Positions 28,609 through 37,501 of a stretch of 64,000 nt of DNA are shown piece after piece. A model generated the notes under the pieces. It was not told the origin of the DNA. It did no database searches and saw only the letters and a program-made list of their open reading frames with translations. Each line of letters starts with the position of its first letter. The stretch's first letter is position 1. The stretch comes from a virus. Taxonomy: Duplodnaviria; Caudoviricetes. Both the position numbers and the translations under genes were made by a program. Location: positions 9,240 through 73,239 of the IMG/VR virus record IMGVR_UViG_3300017700_000409; one strand, given 5' to 3'.

Positions 28609-31572
28609 TCATCTAGCGGCAACCCGTTTCTCACTCTTCTTCGGCTTCTGGGCCTCGGGCTCCTTCTCCTGATCCTCTTGTTCGCCATTTTTACTCTCCA
28701 GCAACGCTGTGTTTACTTCTAGCTTGCGAACCTTCTCAACGAACACCATCCCATAGGTCGGGGCGTATTGTCCGCGAACAAGGTACCAATCCTCATCAAT
28801 AACCCCGTGCTCAACAATAGGCAGCGCCATCTCTTCGTAGGGTTGCCCCTTCTTAATTCGACACATCACGATCCCAGAGTCATCGGCAACCCGGAAGTTC
28901 AAGGCGAGCGTCGGCCCAGTCAACACCTTCCCGTTACGCTTTTGAACGCTGATCGTTTCATTCGCATCTCGCACGTTCTTAGTCTTTAGCTTCCCGAGGA
29001 ACACAATATTTTGATCTGGTTCCTGGTCGATGACCTCAAGTATTTTCCAAACATGCCCCCGTATCCCGAACTTCTCAGGGTCCTCATAGTATTCAGCAAA
29101 TAAAGTCTCAGCTTCAAAGATGTTATCGAAAGGCGTAACGGGGTTCTCTAGCTTCTTCGCGAGCCCCGCCGGAAGCTGGTATTGCCTCATCGCAACTTCT
29201 TTTACTTTTTTCTTCCCGACTTTTTTGACGATGTTTATTTCAGTGAGTTTTTTATTGCGCCAATCGATAATCTTTTGGGCGGCATTACCGCCGACACCCC
29301 GGATATTCGTAAGCCCTCCATATAGCACACCATTCTTAACAGCCCAGTTGATTTCAGACTTTTCCGCGTCAACGGGGATATATTTGAAACCTTCTTTGAC
29401 TAATTCGCGAAGTGTTAGAATGGTACTATCATCCCCCTTGGAGTTACGTAACTGAGCCGCTGCGTATTCAAGAGGAAACTTGCTTTTAAGAACACAGCAC
29501 CAGTAGGAGACATTTCCATAAGCCACAGCATGGCTTCGGTTGAAGCCGTAGGAGCCCATCGTACACATGTGATCCCAAACGTGCTGACTTTCCTTTTCGG
29601 TGAGTCCATTCTTCTTCGCTCCTTCCCAAAACTTCCCATAGTAGCCATCGAAGTATTCTTTGCCGAGGCTCTTGCCCATCGCTTTACGCAGCGCGTTGAC
29701 TTCTTCCCAGGTCAGATTGCCGATGTCTTTGGCGATCTTCATGACCTGCTCTTGATAGATAACAGTGCCGAAGGTCACTTTTGTGATAGGCTCGGCCATT
29801 GGGTGGAGGTACTTAACCGCCTTCTTACCCGTCCGGACGTTCACGAAGTCGCCTGCAGACCCTGAGACTAGCGGCCCGGGGCGCGCGAGAGCGGTTAAAG
29901 CGATGATGTCCTCGATGTTCTCCACCTTCATCTGCCGGCACAAGCCCTCGACCGCGCGCCCCTCGAATTGGAAGATGCCGGTCATGCGGCGCTTGTTGAT
30001 TACGTCAAAGGCCTTCTTATCGTCTAACGGATAGCTCTGGAGCCAGTGTATGTCCTTGCCTACGTGCTCCAAGGTGTCTTGTATCACAGATAGGGTCCGG
30101 AGGCCTAGTGCGTCAATCTTTAGAAGATTGATCTTAGCCGCGTCACGCCAGTCGACTTGCGCCACACCCGTCCGTAGGTCCACCGAACAATAATGGTTAA
30201 CCGGGTGCTGGGTGATAATAATTCCGGCCGCATGCTGCCCCGTATGGTTGGCGTGGTTCTCGATTTCTCCCGCGACCTTCATGGCGGGATACTTCTTGAT
30301 GAACTCGCGCCCCATTGTATTGTCGGTGAACGTATCCATAATACACAGCATCGCACGCGCGTCGCCCGAGGACCGCTTGAGCATCGCGGCCTTAAGCGCC
30401 TCAGTCTCTTTAATCGGCACCTTCAATTCTTTTGCGACATCGTTGATGGCGCTGTCCGACTTGTACCGGCTTATGGTTCCGATGCGGGCGATGCGGTTAC
30501 TCCCGTACTTCTCCTTGATGTAATCAAATACAAGCTCGCGCCTATCGTCCTGGAAGTCCACATCAATGTCGGGCAAGTCTGCGCGGCTAACGTCAATGAA
30601 CCTCTCGAAGAGGAGCCCATAGTGGATAGGGTCAATGTCCGTGATACCTAGAAGGTAGCAAGTCAAAGAGCCGCAAGAGGAGCCGCGAGCCGGTCCCACC
30701 ACCATATGTTGCTTCGCCCAGGCAATCATATCCGCCAATACAAAGAAGTAATCTTCAAACTTCTTATCCGAGATTAGCGTCAACTCGTTATGAAGCCGGT
30801 CACCATAAACCCTATTTTTCAAGTCAACCTTGCGGACCTTCGCGCCCTCGATACAAAGCTGGCGAAGCGTCTTCTTTGATTCAAACTTAACCATCTCCGC
30901 TTTCGGAAGCGTGACGTTACACTGATCATATAACTTCCCCGTCTCCTTGATAGCGGCCTCGGGGCACCAAGGTACATACACCCTCAACTCTTCCTCAGTG
31001 AGAATGTGAAAGCCCTCGGCAACGTTCTCCTTGAAGCGCGGGGAAATAATCTCATAGGCCCCATAATGCTCGGGACGGGGGTAGTAGTTATTTGAACCAG
31101 CGAGAGGCTTTAGGCCCCGCTCCATTGCTTGCTTGACGTTATACTCCTGGGCCCCGGGCGTTACGGCAACGTATGCCTTCGGCGGGGCCTTCCTCCAGTC
31201 TGTATCCGGGGCGATGACGATTAGGTTGGCCCAGTCTATCTCGTGTAGACCCAACCTGCTAAGCCGCCCCTTATCGTCCTCTGTGCTCTTCGTGGTTATC
31301 CGGTATATCTCCCGGAGCCCTACGTCATTGCGCGCTAGGAAGCGGTAGAAGTACACAGGCACCTTAGTCTCATGCGAGGTGTCCATGACCGGAAGCTCTA
31401 CGCCTAGGACGGGTTTCACGTTCGCCTTCTTCGCGGCATTGAAGAAGTCAACATGCCCCCACGTCCCAGCGCGGTCAGCGATGCCCACTCCACCAGCAGT
31501 GAGAACCTTAGAGGTTTGCCCGAAGGTGCTGCGATAGGAATATTCAGTGCGGCAGAATAGGTTTTTGAACAT
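28609..31572 (-). CDS. dnaE: DNA polymerase III alpha subunit (family C)
   Basis: PHP N-terminus (GVEL), GPARGSSCGSL, LLFERF, PDIDVDF, KIDALGL, YGFNRSHAVAY. Confidence 0.95.
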   Translation of the reverse strand: MFKNLFCRTEYSYRSTFGQTSKVLTAGGVGIADRAGTWGHVDFFNAAKKANVKPVLGVELPVMDTSHETKVPVYFYRFLARNDVGLREIYRITTKSTEDDKGRLSRLGLHEIDWANLIVIAPDTDWRKAPPKAYVAVTPGAQEYNVKQAMERGLKPLAGSNNYYPRPEHYGAYEIISPRFKENVAEGFHILTEEELRVYVPWCPEAAIKETGKLYDQCNVTLPKAEMVKFESKKTLRQLCIEGAKVRKVDLKNRVYGDRLHNELTLISDKKFEDYFFVLADMIAWAKQHMVVGPARGSSCGSLTCYLLGITDIDPIHYGLLFERFIDVSRADLPDIDVDFQDDRRELVFDYIKEKYGSNRIARIGTISRYKSDSAINDVAKELKVPIKETEALKAAMLKRSSGDARAMLCIMDTFTDNTMGREFIKKYPAMKVAGEIENHANHTGQHAAGIIITQHPVNHYCSVDLRTGVAQVDWRDAAKINLLKIDALGLRTLSVIQDTLEHVGKDIHWLQSYPLDDKKAFDVINKRRMTGIFQFEGRAVEGLCRQMKVENIEDIIALTALARPGPLVSGSAGDFVNVRTGKKAVKYLHPMAEPITKVTFGTVIYQEQVMKIAKDIGNLTWEEVNALRKAMGKSLGKEYFDGYYGKFWEGAKKNGLTEKESQHVWDHMCTMGSYGFNRSHAVAYGNVSYWCCVLKSKFPLEYAAAQLRNSKGDDSTILTLRELVKEGFKYIPVDAEKSEINWAVKNGVLYGGLTNIRGVGGNAAQKIIDWRNKKLTEINIVKKVGKKKVKEVAMRQYQLPAGLAKKLENPVTPFDNIFEAETLFAEYYEDPEKFGIRGHVWKILEVIDQEPDQNIVFLGKLKTKNVRDANETISVQKRNGKVLTGPTLALNFRVADDSGIVMCRIKKGQPYEEMALPIVEHGVIDEDWYLVRGQYAPTYGMVFVEKVRKLEVNTALLESKNGEQEDQEKEPEAQKPKKSEKRVAAR

Positions 31573-31577
31573 GTTAG

Positions 31578-31748
31578 TTACTCCAAGCTAGCGATGAACT
31601 CTTTTGCCTTCTTATCCGCCCACTCTCCATCAGACATAACCGGAGCGTCCTTCGGGCAGATAACTCCGGCGGCTCCCATAAACCGCCCTAGCTCTAGGGC
31701 TTGTTTAAGAAGCATCGCAATTCCAACCTCAATATGTCTCTCTTTCAT
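31578..31748 (-). CDS. Small hypothetical protein
   Basis: 56-aa ORF immediately upstream of dnaE. Confidence 0.45.
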   Translation of the reverse strand: MKERHIEVGIAMLLKQALELGRFMGAAGVICPKDAPVMSDGEWADKKAKEFIASLE

Positions 31749-31761
31749 CTTCTTGTCCTTT

Positions 31762-32091
31762 CTAAGCGAGCAGATGCCAGCCGCGCAAATGTAGTTGCTT
31801 TTTCTCGCGTCTATGAAGAATGTAAACGTTCCATTCCTCTGTATCAAAATAAGCTTCACGCAAAAGATTTATGCCCGCGAGAACGTCTGCGATTTCATCG
31901 GCAACCCAAACGCGGTTTACCTTCTGAGTAACCGGCTCACGCTCATCGATCCCTTGTATAATACAGCGAGCCAACGCAGATTGAAGCTCTCCAAGCTCCT
32001 CGATTAGTTTGCCTAACTGTTTCAGTGTAACCGGGTCCGTAATAGGATGCCACGGGTTTGCTGGCTTTAGATCATCTACATCAATCGGCAT
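31762..32091 (-). CDS. MazG-like NTP pyrophosphohydrolase
   Basis: KLIEELGEL...DEIADV (ExxE...ExxD) all-alpha motif. Confidence 0.75.
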   Translation of the reverse strand: MPIDVDDLKPANPWHPITDPVTLKQLGKLIEELGELQSALARCIIQGIDEREPVTQKVNRVWVADEIADVLAGINLLREAYFDTEEWNVYILHRREKKQLHLRGWHLLA

Positions 32092-32092
32092 C

Positions 32093-32347
32093 TCACCCTC
32101 TCTTTTCTCTGTAACCATTTGTTGCGCAAAAATGAGTAAAGTCCAAAGTCTTTAATTTATTAACATAATCTGCTTTTGACCTCCAAAGAGATGGGCATTT
32201 TTCACATGTAACAGAACTATAACGACTTGGTGAAAAACGGTAACCATTGAAGGCGGACCTGTTGCCGTTTCTTTCGACAACCCACCAGCGTCTTTTTTCT
32301 AATGGTTTGTTTCTCTCTTTGCAATTACAAACTGCTCCGCCACTCAT
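32093..32347 (-). CDS. Hypothetical Cys-rich protein
   Basis: CNC and CEKC motifs; AT-rich. Confidence 0.55.
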   Translation of the reverse strand: MSGGAVCNCKERNKPLEKRRWWVVERNGNRSAFNGYRFSPSRYSSVTCEKCPSLWRSKADYVNKLKTLDFTHFCATNGYREKRG

Positions 32348-33222
32348 TTTCTATTCTCCAGAATATGGAAGTAACAACGAGCGCAGGCAATAACATCAGG
32401 TGTGGCGCGGTGAGCCGGGAAGCCTTCGCCAAAGAGATGCTCGTGAAGTTGAGTTAGCGTCATTCTATGGCCCTTGATATCCATACTCATCTGAACTGTA
32501 TCAACAACCGTTAACGGCCAAGGGAACCCTTCCGCCCCAACTCGCTTAAGTTCAAACCCGAGCATTTGAAAATCAAACCAAGGATTGTGACCGACAGCGC
32601 GGCGTACACCCCAGAACAATTCTTTGAGCGTCGGGAGGTAGGTGATGAACTTCGGTTGATCCTTTAGCATCTCATCTGTGATGCCTGTGATCTTCGGGAT
32701 ATTCGGAACCCTTGAGTTGTTAGGATCACCTTTAGGAAGGAGGAAGCCGGGGTTAATAAGAAACTCAACATGCTCAACCTCCTTCTTCCCCTCGAATATT
32801 GTACCAGAGAACTCAATGACGGACGGCTGAAGGTTTAGGTCAACAGCGCCATTAACAGGAAGGCCTGTTGTCTCAGTGTCAAACACCAGCGTCAGGTCGG
32901 GCTTTGCGATCTGCTTTTGAACCTTCCGTTGTACGCCTATCACCAGCGGTACGTTTGCGTCGGCAATCGAAGCGGATGCGGAGGATACGGATGCGCCTGT
33001 CTTCTCCCGAGCGGCCCCGGGCTTCGCGCCCGCTGTCCCAGAGACGGCGCGATCCTTCCCTGGCGTTTCCCGGGAAACCAACTCCGATTTCTTCTGCTCC
33101 GCGCCTTTCGCCTTTGCGCTCATCTCTTGCTTTTGCTTCTTCACGCTTTTCTTCTTCACCACAAGAGCACTCACGCTGCGCCTCTTCAACTGCTGCATCC
33201 GCATATTCCCCGTTCTCGACAT
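32344..33222 (-). CDS. DEDDh 3'-5' exonuclease (DnaQ/epsilon-like); start uncertain
   Basis: VFDTETTGL (ExoI), GHNPWFD (ExoII), HRATPD (ExoIII). Confidence 0.85.
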   Translation of the reverse strand: MSRTGNMRMQQLKRRSVSALVVKKKSVKKQKQEMSAKAKGAEQKKSELVSRETPGKDRAVSGTAGAKPGAAREKTGASVSSASASIADANVPLVIGVQRKVQKQIAKPDLTLVFDTETTGLPVNGAVDLNLQPSVIEFSGTIFEGKKEVEHVEFLINPGFLLPKGDPNNSRVPNIPKITGITDEMLKDQPKFITYLPTLKELFWGVRRAVGHNPWFDFQMLGFELKRVGAEGFPWPLTVVDTVQMSMDIKGHRMTLTQLHEHLFGEGFPAHRATPDVIACARCYFHILENRK

Positions 33223-33553
33223 TGTCTAGCTCCTGTTGTATTGCCCAGTAGACGATTGAATCAATTGCGCTGTCTTCGTGCCCGCCTGTATTAAAGTTCT
33301 TACAATAGCGAGAGAGCTTGCTTATGATGTTGAAGAGATTAGATGCCCTCGCAAAATCCCCTTCCGTCTCTAGTTTCAATCCGGACGGGAACAATACTTT
33401 CAGCATAACCCCGAAATATTCATAGTTGTTCCCATACTCGCGGTTTTTCTCTTTGAACATTTCGATTGCGCATCTCATTACCGCAACGGGATTGTGAATA
33501 TTCACCTCTTTCATCGCCTTAACAAACTCCGGATCAGGCCGATTCATTTGCAT
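32879..33553 (-). CDS. Nucleotide-modification-associated domain 1 (Nmad1/DUF1599-like) all-alpha pyrophosphatase
   Basis: KNREYG, KLSRY and DSAIDSIVY motifs in first about 110 aa; C-terminal tail overlaps the exonuclease frame. Confidence 0.6.
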   Translation of the reverse strand: MQMNRPDPEFVKAMKEVNIHNPVAVMRCAIEMFKEKNREYGNNYEYFGVMLKVLFPSGLKLETEGDFARASNLFNIISKLSRYCKNFNTGGHEDSAIDSIVYWAIQQELDNVENGEYADAAVEEAQRECSCGEEEKREEAKARDERKGERRGAEEIGVGFPGNAREGSRRLWDSGREARGRSGEDRRIRILRIRFDCRRKRTAGDRRTTEGSKADRKARPDAGV

Positions 33554-34097
33554 TGATCCTTATGCAAGCTTTGAAATCGAAGCCCAGTGCCTCGCGGCTC
33601 CCGAAGATAATATTATGGTAGGTGCGCTTGCCGGCAATAATCGGGTTGGTGTGCTTGTAGGAGGTGTCTTCCCAGACGGGGTGTATATCTCGCTGCCCAA
33701 GATGAAAACGCCAATCCTTCCCCTCTTCCTCTGTGCAATGAATTCCGAGATGGCTTATGAAAGGCATATCCACACCCATGCTTCCGAGTTTTTCATAAAG
33801 GCTCGGAGCATAGAGGCCCAGTGGAGATATTCCACGGTTTGAAACAGAGTGGAAATTGTGAAGCGAAAGGAACTGGATCAACTCCAACTCCTTAAAAGGA
33901 ATGTCTTGCTCATAGTTATAGAACAGTTTGAACTCAACTTCCTTGGGCTCCGGATAACCGGCAACAACCGCTCTGCTATAAGCGTGGTCGTGAGACCATG
34001 TTGATCCGCCAATCCACTTCATCAAAGTAGATGGGAACCGCGTGGCGATAGCGAGTTGATCGAAGTCCGCTTCACGCCCAAAAATATTCATCTTCAT
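33534..34097 (-). CDS. VOC/glyoxalase-fold-like protein
   Basis: DQLAIA, ELELI and SHLGIH segments match metal-ligand positions of VOC modules. Confidence 0.45.
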   Translation of the reverse strand: MKMNIFGREADFDQLAIATRFPSTLMKWIGGSTWSHDHAYSRAVVAGYPEPKEVEFKLFYNYEQDIPFKELELIQFLSLHNFHSVSNRGISPLGLYAPSLYEKLGSMGVDMPFISHLGIHCTEEEGKDWRFHLGQRDIHPVWEDTSYKHTNPIIAGKRTYHNIIFGSREALGFDFKACIRINANESA

Positions 34098-34231
34098 AGT
34101 TCTAAGTCTCCATCGCAATCGCCAATTGAACCTTTTTCATTCGCCTCGCGCTCTTTCTTAGCGTCCTCGGGCGTCCAACCCGCTTCAATTAATCTTTGCT
34201 CAAACTCATCACACGACATGTCCTTACCCAT
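34094..34231 (-). CDS. Small acidic hypothetical protein (45 aa)
   Basis: MGKDMSCDEFEQRLIEAGWTPEDA...; fills gap between SDR and VOC genes with ATGA overlap. Confidence 0.45.
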   Translation of the reverse strand: MGKDMSCDEFEQRLIEAGWTPEDAKKEREANEKGSIGDCDGDLEL

Positions 34232-34233
34232 CT

Positions 34234-34995
34234 CTAGGCTCCATACGGAATGATACAGCCGGTTAGATACTTATGCCGCTCTTTGTTCTGGAGGAGGAAG
34301 GCAATGAACTCAGCGACTGCCTTCGGGGGTGTCGGAACCCCGTTGGGGATCATGGATGCTTGCTTAGCTTCCGCCTCTTCCTCTGTCCAGCCCCGGAGCC
34401 CCGGGACTTGGGACTTCACTGAATTACTAATCCCCGTCCCCTCTAGGACGTTCGGAGCGATAGCGAACACATCGATGCCGTGCCTCGGCTTAAGCTCGCG
34501 GGCCATTTGCCGCGTCATCATGTGAACTGCGGCCTTACTCGCGTTGTAGATGTGGGTGCAGGTCATCGGTGTCCAGGCCGCTGTGGAGCCGATGTTGATA
34601 ATTGTGCCGCCTTCAGACTTATCGAATGGGCGATACTTGCGGCCGTCCGGTCCTCGGGCCGACAGATAGGGGATAGCCGCCCGGGTCATGTTGAAGATGC
34701 CCTTGCAGTTTGTATCCATAATCGCATTCCAGTCTTCGTCTTTGGCGTTCTCGATAAAGCTGAGCGGGGAAACTCCTGCGCAGTTGATGAGCACGTCAAT
34801 CGAGCGTTTGCGTTTCTCTCCTGGAGGACAGTGATGATCAAGGAACGCTTCGCAATCAATCGGGCTTCTCACATCATATACAGGATATGAGAAATCCAAA
34901 ACTTCATGTGTGGTCTGGGCGTTGTCTCCTTGAAGCGCAAATTTAATCTCTTGACCAAGGCCGCTGGACGCTCCGGTGATAACAATACGACTCAT
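34234..34995 (-). CDS. Classical short-chain dehydrogenase/reductase (SDR)
   Basis: TGASSGLG, NCAG, GSTAA and YNASK catalytic motif. Confidence 0.9.
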   Translation of the reverse strand: MSRIVITGASSGLGQEIKFALQGDNAQTTHEVLDFSYPVYDVRSPIDCEAFLDHHCPPGEKRKRSIDVLINCAGVSPLSFIENAKDEDWNAIMDTNCKGIFNMTRAAIPYLSARGPDGRKYRPFDKSEGGTIINIGSTAAWTPMTCTHIYNASKAAVHMMTRQMARELKPRHGIDVFAIAPNVLEGTGISNSVKSQVPGLRGWTEEEAEAKQASMIPNGVPTPPKAVAEFIAFLLQNKERHKYLTGCIIPYGA

Positions 34996-35453
34996 TTAAA
35001 AAACTCCTGTCTGTAGAGAAGGGCGGGGATGCCGTTCATGTTGAATGCGTTCGCAACGTCTTTCCGGTCTTCGATGATTAGAGAGGCCTTTGCTATGGGT
35101 TTGAAATCTCCAAGAAATTGAGCGTACATCTTCATCTTTAGAACAGGCGACGTGTCTTCATTCCCGTAAGGACGCATGAAAACGGCATCTTGCGGGATGT
35201 TGGCGGCTTTTATCTGCTCAATAGTTTCGTTGCGGTACTCCTCGGAACGGGCCGTAAAGATGATGGAGTTGTTATCGAGAGCGAAAGCCCGCGCCACCAT
35301 TACCATTTGCGGGATAGGAGGGGCTACGAGTTGGAACCTTACAACCGCGTCATAGTCCTTTTTGGCGTAAGCCTCCTTGGAGACATCCCGGAACTTAAAC
35401 AAAACACCATCCAGGTCCCAGATGATTGATGTTTTAAATTTTAGCGGCGGCAT
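34992..35453 (-). CDS. HAD-family phosphatase (T4 PNK phosphatase-like)
   Basis: WDLDGV motif I, FTAR motif II, K and IIEDR motif IV. Confidence 0.8.
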   Translation of the reverse strand: MPPLKFKTSIIWDLDGVLFKFRDVSKEAYAKKDYDAVVRFQLVAPPIPQMVMVARAFALDNNSIIFTARSEEYRNETIEQIKAANIPQDAVFMRPYGNEDTSPVLKMKMYAQFLGDFKPIAKASLIIEDRKDVANAFNMNGIPALLYRQEFFK

Positions 35454-35807
35454 CTTTTGTTCCTTTCTTACAGGCTTTAGGGTCTGGAGACCAACGGGTG
35501 AATACTGACTTTGTATTACAAGATGAAGCGACCCGTTTTTGTTCAAAGGCGCAGTTAACACAAACCCGGTGTTCGTCCGTTGGATAGCTCCAGGCGTGCG
35601 CTACATATACAGTTGGCTTCCGCGCCATCACACGCCCTCCTCAGGCGGTTGCTTCTCACAATGGTTAGGATCGCCAATTACAGCAATTTCATTTGGGGTG
35701 GCGGAACAATATTTACAAAGCATATTTCCGCCATGACCTAGGTTTGCATATTTAAATTCATGAGGACCATACTTCGCCCGCTCCTCTTCCGGCTTCCAAG
35801 CGAACAT
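35434..35807 (-). other. Two small Cys/His-containing ORFs (35434-35631, 35628-35807)
   Basis: Overlapping start/stop codons inside the operon; CxxC motifs. Confidence 0.45.
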
Positions 35808-36535
35808 TAGCCAATCTCCTGACGGGCGCGGTCAATATCCTTGAGCGCATCGACAGCCAGAGTGGTGTCTTGGTTCCGGAACTTCGCAATGAACGCCTCG
35901 ACCTTATCGAAGACACCCCGGCCCCTCGGGAATAGGAACTGCTCCGCCCAGGGGTGGACATCGAGAATAGCGGAGTGCATAGCCGCTAGAACCTCGCGGT
36001 ATTCGTCCTGGACCCGTCCGCCCGTCCGCTTCCGGGCTAGCTCCGACATTGTGCGGAGGTTGAATTTAGCGACAAGGTTGGTGTGGATGTTTAAAGGAAG
36101 GACGCCCCGGGCATCTTCCGCCGGCACTCCCATAGCAATCATATCATTATAACCTTCGCGAATTTTATCCATTGTGCGCTGATAAATCCCGAATTGTTCT
36201 CTCATCATCAGAGGGACAAGAGACTTCGGCACAACGTAAGTGAATGCCGCATTGATAAGCATCCGCAACGTTTGTTGAGCATAGGAGCCTTGGCGCGTCC
36301 TTACGAGTTGATTGGCGAAGGCGCGGCTCACGTCCGTAATCAAGAAGACATAATCACAGAACTCCCAAGAGCTAGGGATTGTGCGGCTCATATACTTGAG
36401 GCCTTCGGCCTTCTCCTCTTCCGACATCGCCTGTATCTTCTCGAAAGTATCCTTGCCAAGCGTCAGCCGGGTTTCCTTTGTGAAGAGAAGAAGGTCAACG
36501 GCACCGTGAGTGTAGTTAATCAGTTCAACTTTCAT
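35807..36535 (-). CDS. thyX: Divergent flavin-dependent thymidylate synthase homologue
   Basis: SRAFANQLVRTRQGSYAQQTLRM aligns to the ThyX motif; ARGVLP, NLR and RKR retained. Confidence 0.8.
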   Translation of the reverse strand: MKVELINYTHGAVDLLLFTKETRLTLGKDTFEKIQAMSEEEKAEGLKYMSRTIPSSWEFCDYVFLITDVSRAFANQLVRTRQGSYAQQTLRMLINAAFTYVVPKSLVPLMMREQFGIYQRTMDKIREGYNDMIAMGVPAEDARGVLPLNIHTNLVAKFNLRTMSELARKRTGGRVQDEYREVLAAMHSAILDVHPWAEQFLFPRGRGVFDKVEAFIAKFRNQDTTLAVDALKDIDRARQEIG

Positions 36536-36541
36536 TTCCTA

Positions 36542-37483
36542 TTATCCTTTCTTTACGATTTCTTTGATCATTCCATAGCGGTCTTTTTGTCCAATCATCT
36601 TATCAACAAGTTGGACATCTTGTACAACATCATCAAGGAGTATCTGCCTCCAAGTCGCGAAACGCCCCACAGAGTAAATCCCAAACTTCTCAGTCGCATA
36701 AAGAATGAATGAGCGGCGCACCTCATCATCGACCGAAAGAAGCTTACCAAACTTCTGGGCCTTTACTCCTTCAACTTTTACCTGCGCACCTTCGATCCCG
36801 AAAACTTGCTCAAGCAACGGGTGTATACGCCACCCGCCCTTATCCACCCCCTCAGGGTCAGAAACATATTCGAGCGTTAAACGGCTCCCCGTTATCGAAG
36901 CCCGATACAAAGCAATATCACTCTCGGGAAAATAAACAGTTTGGTACAAATCAATATCGGGGCTCTCAATGGTAATCGTCTTTGTCCATATCTTCTTCGC
37001 CTCAAACTTCACCTGAGGCTCAACCCCGAGAATGTTAGCTAAAGCCGGCATTGGGATGGTGCTAATAAGCGGCACAGAGCCATCGCCATGGACTGCAAAC
37101 TCTTCTAGCCCAGTTCCATAGACAATATTAACACCTTGCGCGAGCCGCTTTAGAAAGTCGGGAGGTGCGATGTACCGCTCGGCTGGCGCGAGGTTGAGGA
37201 TGCTGCGGCCTGTCGCGCGCCCCGATACCTTAAGCGAATACTGATTGTTGTGTTGAAGCGTGCCCGTAGTCCGGAGGCGCTTACCATCCCACAATCCTTT
37301 TTGAACAGCCACCTTCTTAAAAGCAATCCCCGTTGCCTCGGCCACTGCGTTAGTTCGGAAGCGGAGGAGAGCGGCGTGGTTGTCGGGTAAGCTCGGCTGA
37401 AGTTCGTGTATGACGGGGGAACGGTTTTTCAGAATGTGTGCGGTTAGCAGGCCAGCCATCCCGGCCCCGAAGATTTTTATCAT
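36542..37483 (-). CDS. FAD-dependent oxidoreductase, UDP-galactopyranose-mutase/PPO-like
   Basis: GAGMAG dinucleotide fold with terminal Glu; C-terminal GRFATWRQILLDDVV resembles the Glf GRL..Y.Y.DM..V motif. Confidence 0.65.
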   Translation of the reverse strand: MIKIFGAGMAGLLTAHILKNRSPVIHELQPSLPDNHAALLRFRTNAVAEATGIAFKKVAVQKGLWDGKRLRTTGTLQHNNQYSLKVSGRATGRSILNLAPAERYIAPPDFLKRLAQGVNIVYGTGLEEFAVHGDGSVPLISTIPMPALANILGVEPQVKFEAKKIWTKTITIESPDIDLYQTVYFPESDIALYRASITGSRLTLEYVSDPEGVDKGGWRIHPLLEQVFGIEGAQVKVEGVKAQKFGKLLSVDDEVRRSFILYATEKFGIYSVGRFATWRQILLDDVVQDVQLVDKMIGQKDRYGMIKEIVKKG

Positions 37484-37501
37484 AAATTACACCCCTTGGT
37501 A

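Noticed and set aside
28609-31572. Intein or intron in dnaE (also checked terL and helicases)
   Set aside because: Lengths are normal, frames are uninterrupted and no C/S...HN splice motifs were seen.
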